Source of the DNA: Myxococcales bacterium
GTDB lineage: Bacteria > Myxococcota_A > Polyangia > Polyangiales > Polyangiaceae
Length of the DNA stretch: 23,102 nt
Assembly (NCBI GenBank): GCA_043785185.1
Contig: JAYVXL010000160.1
Location: 1-23,102 of the forward strand
Reading direction: 5' to 3'
How positions within the stretch are numbered: position 1 is the stretch's first letter; each line of letters starts with the position of its first letter. Under the pieces are notes generated by a model. That model was not told the origin of the DNA. It saw only the letters and a program-made list of their open reading frames with translations, and made no database searches. Of this stretch, positions 15,609 to 21,154 are shown in pieces. Both the position numbers and the translations under genes were made by a program.

Positions 15609-16418
15609 ATGCGAACCGCACGCGGCCTCGTCGTCGTACACGCATCGCTCGCGGCCATCGCGGCGGCGTGCTCCCTGCATAGTGGAAGCGGTGGCGATCC
15701 GGACCAGGTGCTGCATCCGGAAGCGGGGGCACCGATCGACGCCACCGTGGAGGCCTCGGTCACGGCGGACACCGGCCCGAACCCCACTCCCGACGCGGCG
15801 CCCGCGGGCCGGGCCGGGTCGGGCGACGACGCGAGCCCTCCGCCCGCAGATGGCGGAGGCGGAGGGGGCCCGATCGGCGACGCGGCGGGAGGGGGGGGCA
15901 GCGATGCGACCGCGGACGCCGGCGTGCCGAGCGTCGGCTGCAGCGATGGCGTGCGCGACGCGTTCACGAGCCTCCTGCTGTTTCCGACCGTCGCCGGCTG
16001 CAAAGCCGCGTACGCGCAGCACTCGCTGAGGGATCCGAAGACCGGCACGAAATGCGGTAACGATGTCGGAAAAGCGTGCCCTGTTCCCGCCGACGCGTGT
16101 GACGTCAACTGGCACCTGTGCGGAACGCCGCCGTACGGCCCCACGGACGTTAGCTCGCGGCTGACTGCCGCCCAGTGCAACGAGGAGCCGGGCGGCGAGT
16201 ACGCGATTGCGCTCGGAGATCAGAGCTGCGAGCCCTGTGGTCCAGGGGGCGGGTCCGGCGCCGCGTGCTGCGGCGCCAACTGCATCCAGCAGAACGGCAG
16301 CTGCATCTACCCCAACGCCACCAAGTGGGTTGGCATGATCAGCGGCCGCCCCAATCTATGCGGACAGATCCAAAACGACTTTCCCGGGAGCAACGGGGTG
16401 CTGTGCTGTAAGGATTAA
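15609..16418 (+). CDS. Cys-rich lipoprotein with Gly/Asp/Pro-rich linker
   Basis: ATG 15609 is preceded by GAGGAAA with a 5-nt spacer. The track start GTG 15597 would overlap the previous stop as GTGA. Signal peptide MRTARGLVVVHASLAAIAAAC. The disordered linker includes GGGGGGP and GGGG. The C-terminal ~170 aa carry many Cys (e.g. CEPCGPGGGSGAACCGANC, VLCCKD). Confidence 0.8.
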   Translation: MRTARGLVVVHASLAAIAAACSLHSGSGGDPDQVLHPEAGAPIDATVEASVTADTGPNPTPDAAPAGRAGSGDDASPPPADGGGGGGPIGDAAGGGGSDATADAGVPSVGCSDGVRDAFTSLLLFPTVAGCKAAYAQHSLRDPKTGTKCGNDVGKACPVPADACDVNWHLCGTPPYGPTDVSSRLTAAQCNEEPGGEYAIALGDQSCEPCGPGGGSGAACCGANCIQQNGSCIYPNATKWVGMISGRPNLCGQIQNDFPGSNGVLCCKD

Positions 16419-16443
16419 CGGATTGACGTCTTCGGCTGCGACT

Positions 16444-17439
16444 CTAGGCAGGCGGCAGGCAGCACGCCCACGGGCCGAGCGGGTCGGCGTCGGGACGGCA
16501 GCACGCGCCGCCCGCGGGCACCGCGCCACTCCGCGCGCAGGGGCACGCGGAGGTCGTGGCGCTCTCGAAAGGCTGCGCCGGGCAGGAGCTTCCCTCCGAC
16601 GAGAAGGTACCGCTCAGCGTCCTTAGGCCTGCGCGCGCGGTCCACGTTCCGGCAAGCGTCGTCGTCGCAGCGACGGTTCCCGTCGCGCTGCCGGTAACGC
16701 GCCCCACGGAGGACTCCCCAAACCAATCGAGCGTCAGCGTACTCGCGGAGCGAACGCCGACGATGTAGCCGAAGGCGTCGCCCGAAAGCTCGCCCTCGAC
16801 GACACCGTCGTCGGCGATCACTACGTTCCACCGCCCGGCGGCCAGGGGGCTGTCGTAGGCTCCACAAAAAAATTGCGCACGCCCGTCCGGATCGCCACGC
16901 GCGGCGATCCATAAGCGCGCGAGGTCGTCGGGCGCCTTCGTCGACGAGCCTTTGCTCAGCGTGCCCTCGAGCACGCCGTCGCCGAACGTCGCCCGAAGCG
17001 TCCACTCGCCGTCGGTCATCGTCGCCGCGCCCGCGTCCGTCACGAAGTCGCCCGCGAGGGCGAGCACGCTCCCGTCATCGAGCCACGCTCTCACCTGCGC
17101 GCTCGGCGTGCTTGGGGCGGCGTCGGCCGTGGCCCACGGCCGCCCGCCGCCCACGAGGAGCGCCGCGACGGTCCCCGACACGTCGCGGCCTCGCTCGTGC
17201 AGCCGGCCGGAGACGACGCCGCGAAAAAACGTGTCCCCCGCTGCGCGCGGCACCTCCGCGCTGCGCGCCGGTGTCGCCTTCGTCGACGGCGCAGAGGGGA
17301 GGCATCGGCACAAAGCGAGCAGCGCAAAGGCGCCGATGCCAACGCGCCGAGCCCGTCTCGTCAGGGGCAGGAGTAGCTGGCGTTGTACGACTGACACTGG
17401 GCCTCGTTGGCCTGCGCGTACACGAGCTGCTGCTCGCAC
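16444..17439 (-). CDS. Secreted hypothetical protein; C-terminal Cys cluster
   Basis: Good G/C third-position signal on the minus strand. Hydrophobic N-region RRARRVGIGAFALLALCRCLPSAPS. C-terminus SSCPAQPF...SACPCARSG...GGACCRPDADPLGPWACCLPPA. The only canonical in-frame starts are ATG 17437-17439 and GTG 17395-17397, and both lie inside the upstream VWA gene. Confidence 0.7.
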   Translation of the reverse strand: MRAAARVRAGQRGPVSVVQRQLLLPLTRRARRVGIGAFALLALCRCLPSAPSTKATPARSAEVPRAAGDTFFRGVVSGRLHERGRDVSGTVAALLVGGGRPWATADAAPSTPSAQVRAWLDDGSVLALAGDFVTDAGAATMTDGEWTLRATFGDGVLEGTLSKGSSTKAPDDLARLWIAARGDPDGRAQFFCGAYDSPLAAGRWNVVIADDGVVEGELSGDAFGYIVGVRSASTLTLDWFGESSVGRVTGSATGTVAATTTLAGTWTARAGLRTLSGTFSSEGSSCPAQPFESATTSACPCARSGAVPAGGACCRPDADPLGPWACCLPPA

Positions 17440-19151
17440 TGGTCGCGCAGGCTACCCGTCTTCGCGGCGCAGCACGTCTTGAGGCGAGCGCACTGGGTGC
17501 CGGTCGGGCAGTAGTATCCTTCGTACTGCGCGCACGTGCTCTCCTGGGTCTTGTAGCCGAACCAGGCGTTGAAGCAGTTCTGCTGCATGTTCTGCGCGAA
17601 GGTCCCGCAGCACTTCTGGAGCGACGTGCAGCTGGGGCCCATGGCCGGGCAGTAGTTGGTGGTGTACGACTGGCAGGTCGTCTCGTTCCCCGCGGCGTTC
17701 ATGAGCTGGCTCTCGCACGAGTTCACGTACGCGGAAGGCAGCGTCTTGCAGCAGGCTTGGAGCGCCTTGCACTGCGCGCCCCAGAACGCGGGGCATTGCC
17801 CGGAGCTGTAATTGCTGGCGGTGAACGGCACGGTGATCGAGGGTCCCGGAGTCATCTGGGTGTCCTGAGAGGCTCCTTGCCCCGTCCCGCCGCATTGGAT
17901 GCAGGCACTGCCGCAGGCCTTTTGCGCCGCGGCCACGGTGGCGTAACACGGGGCGCCCAGAGTCAGCGAACAGGCGTACGGCGTGCTGGGATCGCAGCAG
18001 ATGCTTCCGCCGGACGTCGGGCTCGGGCCGCACGTCGCGGTGTACTCGGGGTGATCGGGCGGCGGACGGTTCGCGCACGAGGCGCTCGGCGAGAACGTCG
18101 CCGGGGTGCACGTCTGTGTGACGTAGCTCTCGTTGCCCTTCACCGTGATCGTCACCTTGTGAGCGGCCGCGCGCTTGGGCGAGCAGTAGCTCGCGAGGTA
18201 GACGCTGCGCGTGAGAGCCGTCATCGCGTCGGCGACCGTGGACGCTGCGGCGGGCAGCGACGCGAAGTCGGGCACCGTGATGTAACCGCCGCTCGCCAGC
18301 GTCTTCAACGACGCGCCGTCCACGCCGCTCCCGACACCGACCGCGAGAATTCGCTTGTTCCCGCGTGCCGTGATGACGTCGGAGAGCTTGGTGACGCCCG
18401 CAGAGTCCGGCTTGTCGGTGATGACGACGAGGAGCCCGGCTGTCGCCGTGCCGACGCCCGCGCCGCTTGCGAAGCCGTCGTTCCAGCTGCCGAGCGTCTG
18501 CGTCAGTGAGCCATAGAGGTTCGACGAGACGCCGGCCGACGACGTGATGCCGCCTACGGCCGTCTTGAGCGCGGCCTTATCCGCTGTGAATCCCGACGTC
18601 CGCGTCGTCGGCTGATCGGCGTAAGTGACGATGGCCATGCGCTGCTCCGGCATCATCGCGTCGATGAGCGTCGTGGCGACCCCTTGCATGCCCGCGAGCG
18701 ATCCGGACGACGTAACGTTGCCGGAGAGATCGAGCATGAGGACCGTGGGGACGTCGAGCGCCGTGCCGCTCGGCGACGCCGCTTGGAACCCGGTGGCGGA
18801 GAGATCGACCGCGGCGCCATCCTCGGTGACGTCGAAGGACGTGGCGGTGAGGTTGGTCACGCCGGCGCCCTTCGCGTCGGTCACCGCGAACAGAAAGGAC
18901 AGATTGGCGCTCTGGGTAGCCGCAGGCGTGAGCGACGTGATCGTCAATGGGAATGCGCCCGAAACGCCGCCATCGGGCGTCCCGCCGCCATCGCGCGCGG
19001 GCTGTCCGCTCGAGCCACTGGTGCCACTGCTCGAGCCGCTCGAGCCTCCGTCATCCGCGGAATGGTCCCCCGTGCCTTTGGGCGGCGGGCTTGGAAGACA
19101 GGCGAGGGCGACGATGGGGACGAGGGCGGCGAGGGCGAGGATACGGCGCAT
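17361..19151 (-). CDS. VWA (von Willebrand factor A)-domain lipoprotein with Cys-rich C-terminal repeats
   Basis: ATG (cat) at 19149-19151. Signal peptide MRRILALAALVPIVALAC, then a Gly/Ser linker. VWA-like core: VLMLDLSGNVTSSGS (MIDAS-like DxSxN), RMAIVTYADQ, NLYGSL, LLVVITDKPDS, ILAVGVGSG. After that come Cys-rich modules and three tandem ~47-aa six-Cys repeats. Confidence 0.85.
   Translation of the reverse strand: MRRILALAALVPIVALACLPSPPPKGTGDHSADDGGSSGSSSGTSGSSGQPARDGGGTPDGGVSGAFPLTITSLTPAATQSANLSFLFAVTDAKGAGVTNLTATSFDVTEDGAAVDLSATGFQAASPSGTALDVPTVLMLDLSGNVTSSGSLAGMQGVATTLIDAMMPEQRMAIVTYADQPTTRTSGFTADKAALKTAVGGITSSAGVSSNLYGSLTQTLGSWNDGFASGAGVGTATAGLLVVITDKPDSAGVTKLSDVITARGNKRILAVGVGSGVDGASLKTLASGGYITVPDFASLPAAASTVADAMTALTRSVYLASYCSPKRAAAHKVTITVKGNESYVTQTCTPATFSPSASCANRPPPDHPEYTATCGPSPTSGGSICCDPSTPYACSLTLGAPCYATVAAAQKACGSACIQCGGTGQGASQDTQMTPGPSITVPFTASNYSSGQCPAFWGAQCKALQACCKTLPSAYVNSCESQLMNAAGNETTCQSYTTNYCPAMGPSCTSLQKCCGTFAQNMQQNCFNAWFGYKTQESTCAQYEGYYCPTGTQCARLKTCCAAKTGSLRDQCEQQLVYAQANEAQCQSYNASYSCP
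17364..17795 (-). repeat. Three tandem ~47-aa six-cysteine repeats (protein level) at the C-terminus of the VWA lipoprotein
   Basis: The three units are CPAFWGAQCKALQACCKTLPSAYVNSCESQLMNAAGNETTCQSYTTNY, CPAMGPSCTSLQKCCGTFAQNMQQNCFNAWFGYKTQESTCAQYEGYY and CPTGTQCARLKTCCAAKTGSLRDQCEQQLVYAQANEAQCQSYNASYS. The shared pattern is C-P-x(4-6)-C-x5-CC-x10-C-x13-C-x-x-Y. Confidence 0.85.
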
Positions 19152-19162
19152 CTTTCAAGTAT

Positions 19163-19177
19163 GCCGGAGTCTCCGGC
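19163..19177. promoter_or_regulatory. Perfect 7-1-7 palindrome GCCGGAG-T-CTCCGGC, candidate operator
   Basis: Read directly from the sequence. It lies 12-26 nt upstream of the VWA lipoprotein start, in the 183-bp divergent intergenic region. A 1-nt spacer cannot form an RNA hairpin, so a DNA-level dimer-binding site is more plausible. Confidence 0.35.
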
Positions 19178-19334
19178 GGTTCGACAAGACTCCTCCAGTC
19201 CGCGGCTGTGCTCCAATGTGGTTGGTCATGGCGCCGCAGCCAATCCGCATTGCCACTTTCGTTTTCGCGCTCCTCGGTCCGACATATACTGATCGATTGA
19301 GCGTCTCCGCGCGGACGCCTCGAAGGAGCAGCGA

Positions 19335-21053
19335 ATGAAAGAGCGGGCGTGCACCACGGGAAAGAAGACCACGACCGCTGCGCGCGCGAAGGACGAAGGC
19401 GGCACCCGGCGAACGCTCGCCCTCGTTGCGCTCGCCGGGGCGGCGGCGTCGCTGTGGACCGACTGCTTGCCGCAAGGCACCGGGAAGGGGAGTCAGGGAA
19501 GCGCAAGCTGCGCGCATCGGTTCAGCGCGCCGTCCACGGTGCCGACCACGGTGCGCGCGGCCCAACAGCTCGATCTCGGCGACGTCGGTTACTGCGGAAA
19601 CGACCCGGTAAGCGTGCGCTTCTCCGCCGGGGGTCGGTCGGTCACCCTGTCGGCCGTCTCGAGCTCCCCGCTGCGCGTCGGCGTACCGATTTGGATCGAC
19701 CCGGGCGGCAACGTTGGAAACGCCGACCTCGCGCTGAGCGTCGTCGGCCCCGATGGCGAGCACGCCCTCGCTCGTCCGCTCCACGTCGCCGCGCTCGACC
19801 CGGCCGGGGGAGCCCTCGGCGACACGACGCTTGCCATGATCGCCAGCATCCGTGCCGCGGTCGTCCGCTCGCAGTCGACCTTGTCCGCGTTCCGAGGCAA
19901 CACCGCACCCCTCGCGGCATCGCTCGCGCGGATGGTGACCAATCTGGACACGCTGTCACGCGCGGTGACGACGGCGCGCGCGGGCGCTTCGGTGCCCATC
20001 GGGACGGTGTCCGGCTCCACCATCGCGCTCGATTCAGCGTCGCTCGCGATCGTCGATAGCCTCTTTGCTTCGTTCCAGGCGGATCTCCTGGCGACCGCAA
20101 CGCAGCCCCGCAGCGTGGGCGGCAACGTCGGCCAGATCTCCTCCGGTCTCGACGACGCCGCGTGGTTCAACGAGATGCTCCACGACGTCGCGACGGGCGG
20201 TCTGCAGCGCGCCGACAAGCTCGCGAGCACGATGGGGACGTTGCTCGCGGGCGTCGGCGTCGTGGCGGCCCTCGCCGGTTCGACCCCCGCGCTAGGTGCG
20301 CTAGCCGTGCTCGGGGCCGTGACGTACGTGGCCACCACCTTCGCGCCGGCGGCGACGGCGCTCGTGATCGAGAGCGCGGCGCTCCCGGTCGAATCCTCGC
20401 CGCCCGAGCCACTCAGCAAAGATACTTGGCAAAGAATCCAGCCCGCACTCTCGTACGTCGTGCAGCAATCCGTCGGCCAAGCCGTGAGCATGTTCGTGGG
20501 GGCCAAGGTGGAGCCCCTCGGTGAGGTGGGCGCTGCCCTCGTCTCGCTCGTTGACAATTCATTTGGCGGGTCCGGAGCGGTGGGCACGGAAGTGTCGACG
20601 TTGCTTTTCGGTAAGGACGCAAGTTGCGCGGACGGCGTCGTGCCGGTAGAGATTGGGTTCAAGCCGGACTACGTGAAGTGCCCGGCCCCCACCCTGCCCC
20701 GAGTCCCGGGTTCGTCGTCGGGGAGCAGCTCGAGCAGCTCGAGCAGCTCGAGCAGCGGCGGCGGTGCCAACCCATGTTTTCAGGGCGCCGGGGTCGCTGC
20801 CAACCCCGCGCCTTGGGTCGAGGCGTGCACGAAGCTGGACCCTCGCAGGCCCGTCCCGCTCGACTGCCTGGACGAGTCGACGACGTTCCCCCCGGTGCCC
20901 GCGCCGACGCTGAAAAACGGCGCGAACCCCGCGAGCGTCTGCGCCGTCTTCCAAAACGGAGACGGCGCGGGCACGTCCCTCGGCCCAGTAACCGGATGTA
21001 GCCACGAGAACGGCATCAAGCTCACGTGCTACTGCTGTCCGACGGGCAGTTGA
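19335..21053 (+). CDS. Exported/membrane hypothetical protein with poly-Ser linker and Cys-rich C-terminal domain
   Basis: ATG 19335 is preceded by GAAGGAG with a 6-nt spacer. Basic N-region, then RRTLALVALAGAAASLW. Central hydrophobic stretch LLAGVGVVAALAGSTPALGALAVLGAVTYVATTFAPAATALVI. Linker GSSSGSSSSSSSSSSSGGG. C-terminal ~95 aa with 9 Cys, ending LTCYCCPTGS. Confidence 0.8.
   Translation: MKERACTTGKKTTTAARAKDEGGTRRTLALVALAGAAASLWTDCLPQGTGKGSQGSASCAHRFSAPSTVPTTVRAAQQLDLGDVGYCGNDPVSVRFSAGGRSVTLSAVSSSPLRVGVPIWIDPGGNVGNADLALSVVGPDGEHALARPLHVAALDPAGGALGDTTLAMIASIRAAVVRSQSTLSAFRGNTAPLAASLARMVTNLDTLSRAVTTARAGASVPIGTVSGSTIALDSASLAIVDSLFASFQADLLATATQPRSVGGNVGQISSGLDDAAWFNEMLHDVATGGLQRADKLASTMGTLLAGVGVVAALAGSTPALGALAVLGAVTYVATTFAPAATALVIESAALPVESSPPEPLSKDTWQRIQPALSYVVQQSVGQAVSMFVGAKVEPLGEVGAALVSLVDNSFGGSGAVGTEVSTLLFGKDASCADGVVPVEIGFKPDYVKCPAPTLPRVPGSSSGSSSSSSSSSSSGGGANPCFQGAGVAANPAPWVEACTKLDPRRPVPLDCLDESTTFPPVPAPTLKNGANPASVCAVFQNGDGAGTSLGPVTGCSHENGIKLTCYCCPTGS
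20723..20756 (+). repeat. 9-bp tandem repeat (GAGCAGCTC) x 3.8 encoding the poly-Ser linker
   Basis: Exact copies at 20723-20731, 20732-20740 and 20741-20749, plus a partial copy at 20750-20756. It is in frame as agc agc tcg repeats. Confidence 0.9.
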
Positions 21054-21113
21054 GCGTCATGCTGGCGCGTGCAACCCGTGAGGCCTCAGCGGCGTCGTAT
21101 CGATAGCCAACTT

Positions 21114-21154
21114 CAAAATGACCAAAGGCCGCCAGGTTGCCCGGGCGGCCTTGG
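21114..21154 (-). terminator. Intrinsic terminator oriented on the minus strand
   Basis: The minus strand reads CCAAGGCCGCC-CGGGCAACCU-GGCGGCCUUUGG followed by UCAUUUUGA. That is an 11-bp G/C-rich stem with one bulged U, followed by a short U-tract. On the plus strand the same hairpin is followed by agaagtcacg, which has no U-tract. Confidence 0.45.
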
